From Polyangiales bacterium (lineage in GTDB: Bacteria; Myxococcota_A; Polyangia; Polyangiales; Houyiibacteriaceae), in assembly GCA_045106895.1 (NCBI GenBank), contig JBGCFM010000174.1, positions 1 through 28,479 of the forward strand: DNA of 28,479 nucleotides. Reading direction: 5' to 3'. A program made the position numbers and the translations under genes. Below are positions 7,807 through 16,363 of the stretch, piece by piece. The number at the start of each line of letters is the position of its first letter. The first letter of the stretch is position 1. The notes under the pieces were generated by a model. That model was not told the origin of the DNA and ran no database searches. It was given only the letters and a program-made list of their open reading frames with translations.

Positions 7807-9324
7807 ATGCCACGTTTCGCTGCCATCGATGTCGGGTCGAACGCGAGTCGCTTGCTGATCGTTCAGGCGAAAGATCCTGCACGCGTTCGCACGTTTCGCT
7901 CCATGCGAGTTCCCGTTCGAATGGGGCACAGCGTCTTTCAGACCGGGCGCCTCGACCCCGTCATTATCGATCGCTGCGTCGAGACGATGCGGCGCTTCGC
8001 CGAGACCATGGAAGAGGCGCGCGTCGACGACTACCACGCCGTCGTGACGGCGTCGGCTCGGAGCGCGCAGAACGGCGATGTGCTCATTCAGCGCGTCCTC
8101 GAAGAGACCGGCATTCAGCTGGACTCCATCAGCGGGGATGAGGAGGCCCGTCTGGTCAGCCTCGCCGTGCGCCACGAGATGGAGGTGGGTCGCTCCCTCC
8201 TGATGGACCTTGGCGGCGGAAGCTTGGAGCTGGCGGACTTGCGCGAAGGCGATGGCTTCATCGTCTCCTTGGAGATCGGCACCGTGCGTCTTTTGGAGGC
8301 GTTCCTCGAGCCCGGGGCTCCCGTCACGCCGCGGCAAAACCATTTGCTGCGCGAATACCTCGACCGTCACCTCGCGCCGCATCGCCGCGATCTTCGCGAG
8401 CGAAAGTTCGACCACCTCGTCGGCACCGGAGGCAACCTCGTCGCCGTGGCCAAGTTGGCCGGCGTAAAGAACGCGCCCGTTCCCACCATCGACGTGGAGA
8501 AAGCGCGCGCGCTCCGTGATGAGCTCGCGTCGATCCCCTCCACCGAGCGCATCGAACGTTACGGTCTCAAAGCCGACCGCGCCGACGTCATCGTTCCAGC
8601 TCTCTACGTGATCATCGCGATGGCGGACATCGCCAACTTGGAGAGCATCGCGTGCCCCGGGGTCGGTCTCAAAGAGGGCATCGTTCGCGAGCTCGTCGAC
8701 AAACACTACCGAGTTTGGGATTACGCGCGGGAACGCGACCAGCTCTTCGCGGCAGGACTCCAACTAGGTCGCCGCTATCACTTCGACGAACGGCACGCGA
8801 CGTTGGTCTCGGCATTCGCGTGCGACCTCTTTGACGGAACCATGGCCGTTCACGGCCTCGGCCAGGAAGAGCGCGGTATCTTGCGCCTCGCTGCGTTGCT
8901 CCACGACATCGGCGACTTCGTTCATCCCTCGTCGCACCACAAACACACGCAGTACATCATTGAGAACTCGGACTTCACGGGCCTGCCGCCGGACCACCGG
9001 AAAATCGTCGCGCTCGTTGCGCGCTATCACCGGCGTGCCGCGCCCGCTCTGCGTCACACAGGCTATGCGAACCTCGACTCCTCGGATCGCGATCGCGTGA
9101 AAGCGCTGGCCGCAATTCTCCGCGTCGCGGACGCCCTCGATCGTGGGCACCGCGGAAAGGTCGAGAGCATTGAAGTAGCGACGAAGAAGGACGCCCTTCA
9201 GCTCACGCTTGTGTCCAAGGAGGATCTCTCGCTGGAGACCTGGACCCTCGAACGCAAAGCGGAGCTTTTCCGTGACGTGTTCGGAATGGAAGTGCAGACG
9301 AAGACCCGCGCCGCTAGCGCGTAA
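7807..9324 (+). CDS. ppx: Ppx/GppA exopolyphosphatase / pppGpp phosphohydrolase with HD domain
   Basis: AAIDVGSN, ISGDEEARL, DLGGGSLEL, GTGG, GLKEG, AALLHDIG and LRVADALD motifs. Confidence 0.93.
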   Translation: MPRFAAIDVGSNASRLLIVQAKDPARVRTFRSMRVPVRMGHSVFQTGRLDPVIIDRCVETMRRFAETMEEARVDDYHAVVTASARSAQNGDVLIQRVLEETGIQLDSISGDEEARLVSLAVRHEMEVGRSLLMDLGGGSLELADLREGDGFIVSLEIGTVRLLEAFLEPGAPVTPRQNHLLREYLDRHLAPHRRDLRERKFDHLVGTGGNLVAVAKLAGVKNAPVPTIDVEKARALRDELASIPSTERIERYGLKADRADVIVPALYVIIAMADIANLESIACPGVGLKEGIVRELVDKHYRVWDYARERDQLFAAGLQLGRRYHFDERHATLVSAFACDLFDGTMAVHGLGQEERGILRLAALLHDIGDFVHPSSHHKHTQYIIENSDFTGLPPDHRKIVALVARYHRRAAPALRHTGYANLDSSDRDRVKALAAILRVADALDRGHRGKVESIEVATKKDALQLTLVSKEDLSLETWTLERKAELFRDVFGMEVQTKTRAASA

Positions 9325-9342
9325 GTCTTCTGTGAATTCGAC

Positions 9343-9774
9343 TCAGCCGTCGTCGCCGATGCATGTATTGAACATGCTGCCGGTCAACTCGGAGACTTGT
9401 GGGCATGCGTTGGATGCGGCTTCAAACTGGTCCCCACAGGCGAGGATCTGTTCATTGTTGTCGCAGCCGGCGGCGTTCAAACACGAAAGGTTCGCTTCCG
9501 ACGCATCAAGACCGCACTCGATGGCCTCGACATCGGCGCTCGGTGCGCCGTCGAGAACGCGCTCATAGCAGTCGAGAAAAGCACCCGTGGGCGGCGCGAA
9601 ATCAGGGCTGCCCTGCTCGCAGGAAGTTCGGTCGGGGAAATCGCCCCTCTGAACGCTGCAGCCGCAAAAATAGTCGAGCGTTTCAGACTGGAGGGAAACG
9701 GCGCGGTCGAGGACGTCGTCGGCACAGCCGGTGGTGACGAGTGCCAAGGAAAAGAGAAGCGTTAGTTTTTTCAT
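9343..9774 (-). CDS. Small cysteine-rich lipoprotein (hypothetical)
   Basis: MKK + hydrophobic stretch + TTGC lipobox; 10 further Cys in the mature region. Confidence 0.8.
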   Translation of the reverse strand: MKKLTLLFSLALVTTGCADDVLDRAVSLQSETLDYFCGCSVQRGDFPDRTSCEQGSPDFAPPTGAFLDCYERVLDGAPSADVEAIECGLDASEANLSCLNAAGCDNNEQILACGDQFEAASNACPQVSELTGSMFNTCIGDDG

Positions 9775-9845
9775 GGGCGAAGACTAGCGGAAACACCGGG
9801 CGTCAGAAAGTCTGCTGCCGTTTCGCGAAGTCTCCGCCGCGCCCG

Positions 9846-11504
9846 CTACGCGACCTGCTCTTCGGCCATTTCCTTCGCGACATCCTCAAGGACATCTTGG
9901 CATTCCGGGCGCCCAGCGAGATGGGCGAGGAGCGCAGTAGACGCTTCCATGAAGGCCTTCTCGTAGGAGAGCGCCTCGCGCACCCGCGTGGCGATGCGGT
10001 CACGGCCCGACTGAAGGTCCGTCTCCAGAGCGTCGCTATAACGAACCAGCTGAGCCTTCAGCTCGTCGACCTGCTTACGTAGACCGGCTCCGTACTGCTC
10101 GCGCTCGGAAGCTCGTCGCTCGTAGTCCGCCTGGACAGCGCTGAGCGCATCGGCGCGTCCGTGTGCGGCGCCACATGCTTGGAGCAAAGCCGCCGTCTGT
10201 TCGCCGCCTTGAATACGCGCGCGGGTGGCGCCGAACTCTTGCTGCGCTTTCGTCTTCTGGGCGTTGGTCCGTCCAGCACGCTCACGTTCACGTTGAGCGT
10301 CGCGAAGCGCGCGGCTTTCTTCTCCTGCGAGTTCTTCAACCTTTCGGCCAATCTCTGCTCGAAGCGCGCGGCCTCGCTTCTCGATGGCCTCCAGCTTTCG
10401 TGAATGGCTTGAAAGCTCACCTTCGAGGCGCGCCGCACGCGCAGCGACCTCCCACATATTGTCGGCGGACTTCTGAATCTCGTCCGGCGCACGCCCGTTG
10501 GGGTAAGCCCGAGCCACAGCGCGCGAGAAGTTGGCGGCGCGACGGCTCCACTCGACGACGCCCGGCGAGCGAGCTGGAGGAGGCGGTGGTGGCTCCTGGA
10601 TCTTTGGGGCATCGCTGCCTCCTGGCTTCTCTTTGTCCCACACCTGGGATGGCAGAGAGCGCTGTAGCTTCTTGAGCTCTTCCTGAAGATGGTGACCGTC
10701 ACGAAAACGCGCCTTGATCTCTTTCTCTAGGAGACGAAGGCAGATCTGCTCGGCGGCCTCGGGAAGGTCTTTTCGATTGATGCGCGGAGACGGAGCCTTC
10801 GCGGTCCGTTGCATTTCGAGAAGCGTGTCTCGGTCGGCCGAGCGGAACGGAAGGCGACCCGTCACCATCTCGAAGAGAAGAATGCCGAGCGCGTAGAGGT
10901 CGCTTGCGGCCTCCGCGTCTTCCCCGCGCGCCTGCTCTGGTGACATATATTCGGGGGTACCGAAAACAGCCCCCTTCGGAGCAAGACGAGGGTCGCGTGT
11001 GAGGGCGGCGAGTCCAAAGTCGAGGATCTTAACGTAGTCGTGACGTCCGCCGCGGTTCGTCAACATGATGTTGTCGCTCTTGAGGTCGCGGTGAACAACG
11101 CCGAGGTCATGAGCACGTGCAAGAGCCGCACACATCTGCTCCAGGATATCCACAGCGCGCGAGATGGGCATTGGACCCTTGGCGATCTCCGTCGAGAGCG
11201 CCGTCCCCATGAGATACTCCATGACGAGGTAGAGTTCGCCGTCCTCGGTCTCACCAACATCGTGAATGTCCACAATATGCGCGTGATCGACGCGATTCGC
11301 GGCGCGGGCCTCACGCAGCATCCAAGCGCGGAGGTGGGTTTCACCACGAAGGTCCGGGCGAATCAACTTGAGCGCGACAACTCGGTCGATGAGTACATGG
11401 CGCGCGCGATATACGACGCCCATGCCGCCTTCGCCGAGGCGACTTTCGAGGCGGTAGCGTCCGGCGACAACCTTGCCGAGGTAGGGATCCTTAGTGCGTG
11501 ACAT
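9846..11504 (-). CDS. Hanks-type Ser/Thr protein kinase with C-terminal coiled coil
   Basis: GEGGMGVVY, VALK, HRDLKSDN, DFG and GTPEYMSPE motifs; poly-Pro linker, then a long E/R/A-rich helical tail; no TM segment seen. Confidence 0.93.
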   Translation of the reverse strand: MSRTKDPYLGKVVAGRYRLESRLGEGGMGVVYRARHVLIDRVVALKLIRPDLRGETHLRAWMLREARAANRVDHAHIVDIHDVGETEDGELYLVMEYLMGTALSTEIAKGPMPISRAVDILEQMCAALARAHDLGVVHRDLKSDNIMLTNRGGRHDYVKILDFGLAALTRDPRLAPKGAVFGTPEYMSPEQARGEDAEAASDLYALGILLFEMVTGRLPFRSADRDTLLEMQRTAKAPSPRINRKDLPEAAEQICLRLLEKEIKARFRDGHHLQEELKKLQRSLPSQVWDKEKPGGSDAPKIQEPPPPPPARSPGVVEWSRRAANFSRAVARAYPNGRAPDEIQKSADNMWEVAARAARLEGELSSHSRKLEAIEKRGRALRAEIGRKVEELAGEESRALRDAQRERERAGRTNAQKTKAQQEFGATRARIQGGEQTAALLQACGAAHGRADALSAVQADYERRASEREQYGAGLRKQVDELKAQLVRYSDALETDLQSGRDRIATRVREALSYEKAFMEASTALLAHLAGRPECQDVLEDVAKEMAEEQVA

Positions 11505-11950
11505 TCCTCAGAAATCCTTCGATTGCGAGCGTGATGATAACCACGCCGGGGCGTGAATCGGAAGGACGATCAGGGATCTTTGGGCCCTGAGCGCGTGAAA
11601 CGGTGGCTCTGAGCGCAGAACGCACCCAATCTGAACGGCGAAGGGGCCAAACACGTCCTCAGTTTCCGTTCTTGTGGGGAAATTCAAAAAAGATCTCAGG
11701 GATGTAGGGAAATGGAGCCTAACCAAAGCAGAGCACAGCCGGGCTGACATGAGACGCGTGCGGCGCGACCGCAGGTCCCCGATCTGCGGTGTCATCAAGG
11801 ACCACGATCAACGACCCGAGCGACGTTTGATGAACCGACGCGCCGAGATCAAATGAGCGGGCGCCGGGCACATTGGGTACTCTTAGAGGGCGCGGACGAC
11901 GGCGCGGTACTCCTCCGCGTCCGGCGCGCACCCGGAGACCTCACACGACG

Positions 11951-13891
11951 ATGCCCCCAAGTGCTCTTGGCCCCTATGTCATCGACCGGCGACTCGCGAC
12001 GGGCGGCATGGCCGAGCTCTTCATCGCCGAGCGCCGAGGACCACACGGGTTTCGTAAGCGCGTCGCTCTCAAGCGCATTCTCCCCCAATACCTGGGGGAC
12101 CCTGACTTCAAGTCGATGTTCATCGACGAAGCAAAGATCGCCGCCCGAATGTCGCACCCCGGCGTGGTGCAGGTGTTTGACTTCGGAGAACACGACGGCG
12201 AGCTCTTTCTGGCGATGGAGCTCGTCGACGGCACGAACATTAGCCGCGTGATCCGAGCGTCGAAGAAACGAAAGAAGGACATTCCCTTCGAGGTCGCCCT
12301 TCACGTGACGGCGCGCACCGCCCACGCGCTCGCGTATGCACACCGCCAAGGCTCCACCGACGATGTCCCCTTCGTTCATCGTGACGTTAGTCCCGCGAAT
12401 ATCTTGCTGACAGGTACGGGGCACATCAAGTTGACGGACTTCGGAATCGCCAAGATGTCCGGGCAGAGCCGCCACACAGAGGACGGACATGTTCGGGGGA
12501 AGCTTGGCTATATGTCGCCGGAACAGGTCATCGGCGCGCCCCTCGACGGTCGCAGCGACGTCTTCACGCTGGCCACGGTCCTCGGCGAGATGCTCATCGG
12601 CGAGTCCATTTTTGGCGACGGGTCAGAGCTCGATGTGTTGATGCGGATTCGCGATGTCGATCTTACAGCCCTCGACAACGCGACGCGCCGGATCCCCGGC
12701 GACATCCGCGACCTGATGGGCCGCGCCCTCGCGAAGCGTCCGGCGGACCGACCCGCTGCGGCTGCCTTCGCCGATGCCTGCGATGAGATCTGTCGCTGGC
12801 GCGCTTGGGGGCACGGAAGCGAGCGCACGGCGCGGCTGTTGATGAAGCTCCACCTAAGCGGGGATCTCGGAGATGCTCACGAGACCAACGGCCGCCCCAC
12901 GGAGGTCATCGACACGTGCGAGTTGCCCCCTGGCGCAGCACAGTTGCTTCGCGGCGTGGACCCGACCTCGCCGCAAATCTACCGCGTGCGACTTGAAAGT
13001 GGCGAAGAGCTCGGTCCTCTTAGCTACCCCCGGCTCGTGGAACTAATCACCACGGGAAAGGTCCGCGCGAATACGCAAATCGCTAAGGCTGACCTCTCGT
13101 TTTTGCCAGCGACGGAATTGCCAGAGCTCACTCGCTTTGTGACTTCGCCGGCTATCTCGTGGCGCGACAACGAAACGGAGCACGCTTCACGAGAGGGGGC
13201 TGTCGCAGCGGGAAGCCTCGTTCCTCTCGTCCACGGGATCTTTCGAACGCGCGAGACGGGAGTCCTGCATCTCCGACATGACGGCCGCCGCAAGAAGATC
13301 TACTTCGTCGACGGCCGTCCGGAGTTTGTCGCTTCGACGGACCACCACGAGCTTCTCGGAGAGCATCTTGTCGCCAATGGCTTTTGCCTCCGGATGGAAA
13401 TCGAGATGGGACTGGCGCTGATGCCTCGCTATGGAGGTCGCCTCGGCGACGCACTCGTCGGCCTTGAGATCCTCCGACCTATCGACCTCTTTCGGGCGAT
13501 CTCATCCCAGGTGCGACAGCGACTTCTGGAAGCTTTTCGCTGGCGACAGGGGACCTGGGCTTTCGTGCCCGAAGCTCGCTCCCACGAAGAGACATTCCTC
13601 CTCGGGGAGACCGGATATCCGCTTCTTCGCGATGCTGTCATGAACATGGGCATCGAGGAAATCGAGGCAAATCTGAGTGACATCTGGGAGCTAGCCTTGA
13701 CGAGGCGGAGCGTCCTCGAAGAGCGAGCCCACGCTTTCAACCTGCCAGCGCGCTGGCTCGAGACGCTGCGTGCGGCACACCGGACCACCGTGGGCAGCAT
13801 CATCGCGGAGTCCAAAGACGCCGAAACCGCCTATCGGGCGCTCTTCCTCGGTGTTCGCTGTGGCCTCATCGAGGTGGTCGACGCTGAGTAG
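11951..13891 (+). CDS. Ser/Thr protein kinase with GYF_2-like and DUF4388 (PATAN)-like domains
   Basis: ATGGMAEL, VALK, HRDVSPAN, DFG and GKLGYMSPE motifs. YRVRLESGEELGPLS is GYF_2-like; RETGVLHL...KKIYFVDGRP is DUF4388-like. Start codon uncertain. Confidence 0.88.
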   Translation: MPPSALGPYVIDRRLATGGMAELFIAERRGPHGFRKRVALKRILPQYLGDPDFKSMFIDEAKIAARMSHPGVVQVFDFGEHDGELFLAMELVDGTNISRVIRASKKRKKDIPFEVALHVTARTAHALAYAHRQGSTDDVPFVHRDVSPANILLTGTGHIKLTDFGIAKMSGQSRHTEDGHVRGKLGYMSPEQVIGAPLDGRSDVFTLATVLGEMLIGESIFGDGSELDVLMRIRDVDLTALDNATRRIPGDIRDLMGRALAKRPADRPAAAAFADACDEICRWRAWGHGSERTARLLMKLHLSGDLGDAHETNGRPTEVIDTCELPPGAAQLLRGVDPTSPQIYRVRLESGEELGPLSYPRLVELITTGKVRANTQIAKADLSFLPATELPELTRFVTSPAISWRDNETEHASREGAVAAGSLVPLVHGIFRTRETGVLHLRHDGRRKKIYFVDGRPEFVASTDHHELLGEHLVANGFCLRMEIEMGLALMPRYGGRLGDALVGLEILRPIDLFRAISSQVRQRLLEAFRWRQGTWAFVPEARSHEETFLLGETGYPLLRDAVMNMGIEEIEANLSDIWELALTRRSVLEERAHAFNLPARWLETLRAAHRTTVGSIIAESKDAETAYRALFLGVRCGLIEVVDAE

Positions 13892-13945
13892 GCGGACGCA
13901 CGGACCCCACTTTACGTGGCCCAAAATCGGGCTAGATCCCTCCGC

Positions 13946-14785
13946 ATGGCAATCGCCACTCAGAACGAGGACACGGGGTACGGCTACTTCGACCTGATCC
14001 AGCCTCAGCGGGACACGCCGGTCCTGGTCGAAGTGCCCCACGCGGGTCTCGCCATTCCCGACGCCGTGCGTGATGAGCTCAGCGCGTCGCCTGCCCAAGT
14101 CTCGCGGGACTCCGACATCTACGTCGACAAACTCTGTGCGGACGCGCCAAGTCGCGGCGCGCATCTCCTGGTGGCGCACACGTCGCGATTCGTCGTCGAC
14201 CTCAACCGCGCCGAAGATGACATCGACGGGCGAACGGTCCCGGATCATCCAGCGCCGAAGGGGACGCAGCCGCGGGGCGTGGTGTGGCGCATGACGACGA
14301 AGGGACATCCGCTCATGAGCGGTCCCCTCGACTACCAGCGCCTTGAGCGACGACTCGAACGCTTTCATCGGCCCTATCACACTGCCCTCCGCGAGACTCT
14401 GCACCAACTCCGTGAGCGTCACGGCTACGCGATTCTTATCGCGGCACATTCGATGCCCAGCGCGGCGCGGCGTGGTCCGAAGCGCGCGGACGTCGTGCCC
14501 GGAACACGCGCGGGTACCACGGCGGACCGACGAATCATCGACGCCGTCGCCTCGCACTTTCGAGATGCAGGGCTAAGCGTCCGCCACGACGAGCCTTACC
14601 GCGGTGGCTACACGACCGGGCACTACGGTCGCCCTTCCGAAGGATTTCACGCGATTCAAATCGAGCTCAATCGCGGACTCTACGTCGATGAAGGAAACGG
14701 AAAACCAAAGTCCGGGGCCTTCGAATCGCTCCGTGCTTTGATGGGCGGCCTTGTCGACGTCGCAGCGTCCGTTCGCCTGCGATGA
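13946..14785 (+). CDS. N-formylglutamate amidohydrolase family protein
   Basis: PVLVEVPHAG, SRFVVDLNR, FHRPYH, AHSMPS, PYRGGY and HAIQIELNRGLY motifs. Confidence 0.92.
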   Translation: MAIATQNEDTGYGYFDLIQPQRDTPVLVEVPHAGLAIPDAVRDELSASPAQVSRDSDIYVDKLCADAPSRGAHLLVAHTSRFVVDLNRAEDDIDGRTVPDHPAPKGTQPRGVVWRMTTKGHPLMSGPLDYQRLERRLERFHRPYHTALRETLHQLRERHGYAILIAAHSMPSAARRGPKRADVVPGTRAGTTADRRIIDAVASHFRDAGLSVRHDEPYRGGYTTGHYGRPSEGFHAIQIELNRGLYVDEGNGKPKSGAFESLRALMGGLVDVAASVRLR

Positions 14786-15792
14786 GCGCCTTCGCGCAGG
14801 GCTGGATTCTCTCGCGCTCCCTTGCCGCCTTATTCGCCGTCGCGCTCGTGCTCTACGGCTGTCGAACAGCCCTCCGGCTCCTCCGTAGTTGGCACGTCGG
14901 CGCCAGCAACGAAGGGCAGCTGGTATTGCAGCGACGCGCAGAGCTCGTCGCAACGCTCGTTTCAGCGGGGCTCGGGCTCACGCTACTGGGCCTCGTCATC
15001 ACCCTCATCGGCGCGGACAGGCAGTCCCATACTATTCACGGCGCGATGTGCGCCTACGGCGTCTTCTCCGGGACCGAAGCCGGCTTTTTGAGCGTGGGAC
15101 TCAGCTTTGGGACTGCCCTCGCCTGCGCGGTGTGGCTTGTGATGCATCGTTTTGAGTTACGCCTTCAGGCGCCGACCTTCACTCGCGCCAAGTTCATCGC
15201 GCTCTTCGCCCTCGCGCCTCTCGTCGTCGCCGACGGCTTGGTCTTTTTGCGCTTCGCCAGTCGCCTCGATCTCAGCGCCAACGCCACCTGCTGCTCGGCG
15301 AGTCTTGGCAGCGGCAGCGCAGATATATTCGGCGTCGCGGGCGGTGGCGGAGAACTCTTCTTTGGCGCGTTCCTCGCGACCTCGCTCGTCACCATCGTGC
15401 TCCTCCTGATGGGCGTTCGCTATCGAAGCGCTCACTACCTGGCCGCACTGAGCGGCGTCGCTTCGTTGCTCACGGGGCTCGTCGCGACGATGCGCTACGT
15501 CGCACCGCACGCTTACGAGACCCCACACCACACGTGTCCTTTCTGCCTCCTCCACGGCGTGTACGCGCCCTTCGGCTGGGCACTCCTGGGTGCCTTCTTT
15601 GTCGGCGTCACGCTGAGCACCGGCGCGGCGCTCCTCGCGTTTCTCGGCGGACGGGCGGGCGAGGCAAAGACCACGTTGAATGCGCGAAAAGCGCTGGCGC
15701 GGCGCGCCGCACTCGCCTGGGCGATGGCGGCTCTTCTTGCGGCGGCGCCGGTCGTTCGTTACCTCATCCTCACCGGCACGACGCTTCTCTAG
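14782..15792 (+). CDS. Uncharacterised polytopic membrane protein with GAMC / CC / HHxCPFC motifs
   Basis: About 8 hydrophobic segments. Loop motifs HGAMCAYG, ATCCS and YETPHHTCPFCLLH. ATGA overlap with the upstream gene. Confidence 0.8.
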   Translation: MSAFAQGWILSRSLAALFAVALVLYGCRTALRLLRSWHVGASNEGQLVLQRRAELVATLVSAGLGLTLLGLVITLIGADRQSHTIHGAMCAYGVFSGTEAGFLSVGLSFGTALACAVWLVMHRFELRLQAPTFTRAKFIALFALAPLVVADGLVFLRFASRLDLSANATCCSASLGSGSADIFGVAGGGGELFFGAFLATSLVTIVLLLMGVRYRSAHYLAALSGVASLLTGLVATMRYVAPHAYETPHHTCPFCLLHGVYAPFGWALLGAFFVGVTLSTGAALLAFLGGRAGEAKTTLNARKALARRAALAWAMAALLAAAPVVRYLILTGTTLL

Positions 15793-15813
15793 CCCCTGCA
15801 CGAACTGAGTTCC

Positions 15814-16203
15814 ATGTACCGACGTTCTTTCCTCTTTTCTCTGTCACTCCTCGCCCTCGCCTGCTCGGACGAGCCAGAGCGCGCGCGTTGTTCTGAGTGC
15901 GGCATGTTCATCGAAGCAGACTCCGACTGGACTGTGCGCTCCCGCGAGACCGAGTACGACACCCCAAAGTGCGCGTTCCGAGCTGAAGGCAGCGCAGCCG
16001 CGCTCCGCTTCACCGAATACTACGGGAGCGGGAGCCAAGGCGGCGCAGCGCTTCGTTTTGTGGTGGAGTCCGACGTGCAGGGCCCCATGGGCGTCGACCT
16101 GGTCCCCGTCGCCCCGGAGCGCGTTGAACACTTCATCTCCGACCACGGCGGCCGCAGCGTCGAGTTCGAAGCTGTCGACGCCGCGCTCCTCGAGTCCCTC
16201 TAG
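15814..16203 (+). CDS. NosL-family copper-chaperone-like lipoprotein
   Basis: LALAC lipobox, CSECGM, DTPKC, SDVQGPMG.DLVP and F..DHGG motifs match NosL-family signatures. Confidence 0.8.
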   Translation: MYRRSFLFSLSLLALACSDEPERARCSECGMFIEADSDWTVRSRETEYDTPKCAFRAEGSAAALRFTEYYGSGSQGGAALRFVVESDVQGPMGVDLVPVAPERVEHFISDHGGRSVEFEAVDAALLESL

Positions 16204-16363
16204 TGTGTGATTCACATGTAGTAGGGAGATGACGCAGGACTGCGGCCTGAGGGCAAGGCGCGCGACGACGAAGGAATATCAGCGATATTTCAAGAAGGAG
16301 CAACGCAGCCATCGGCCCGCAGAACAAGTCAGGTTCCTTCTACATGTATGAATCGCGCACTAG
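16200..16363. mobile_element. 164-bp MITE-like palindromic element with CTAG ends
   Basis: Left end CTAGTGTGTGATTCA--CATGTAGTAGG versus reverse complement of right end CTAGTGCGCGATTCATACATGTAGAAGG. Inner arms CTGCGGCCTGAGGGC / GCCATCGGCCCGCAG and apical AATATC-AGC-GATATT. More AT-rich than the flanks, no credible ORF. Confidence 0.8.

Noticed and set aside
6631..8763. 710-aa minus-strand ORF
   Set aside because: Antisense shadow of the well-supported DUF1552 and ppx genes. No motifs, and long shadow ORFs are expected in high-GC DNA.
11508..11931. Short ORFs in the inter-kinase gap (96, 60 and 70 aa)
   Set aside because: Mutually overlapping, Arg/Ser/Pro-rich or featureless, with no recognisable motifs or start signals.
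9846..13891. Kinase pair as an anti-phage defence system
   Set aside because: No associated nuclease, phosphatase, methylase or ATPase genes and no mobile context. The architecture fits ordinary myxobacterial signalling kinases.
15814..16203. Calling this a nitrous-oxide reductase (nos) cluster
   Set aside because: No nosZ, nosD, nosF, nosY or nosR in the window; only the NosL-like gene is present.
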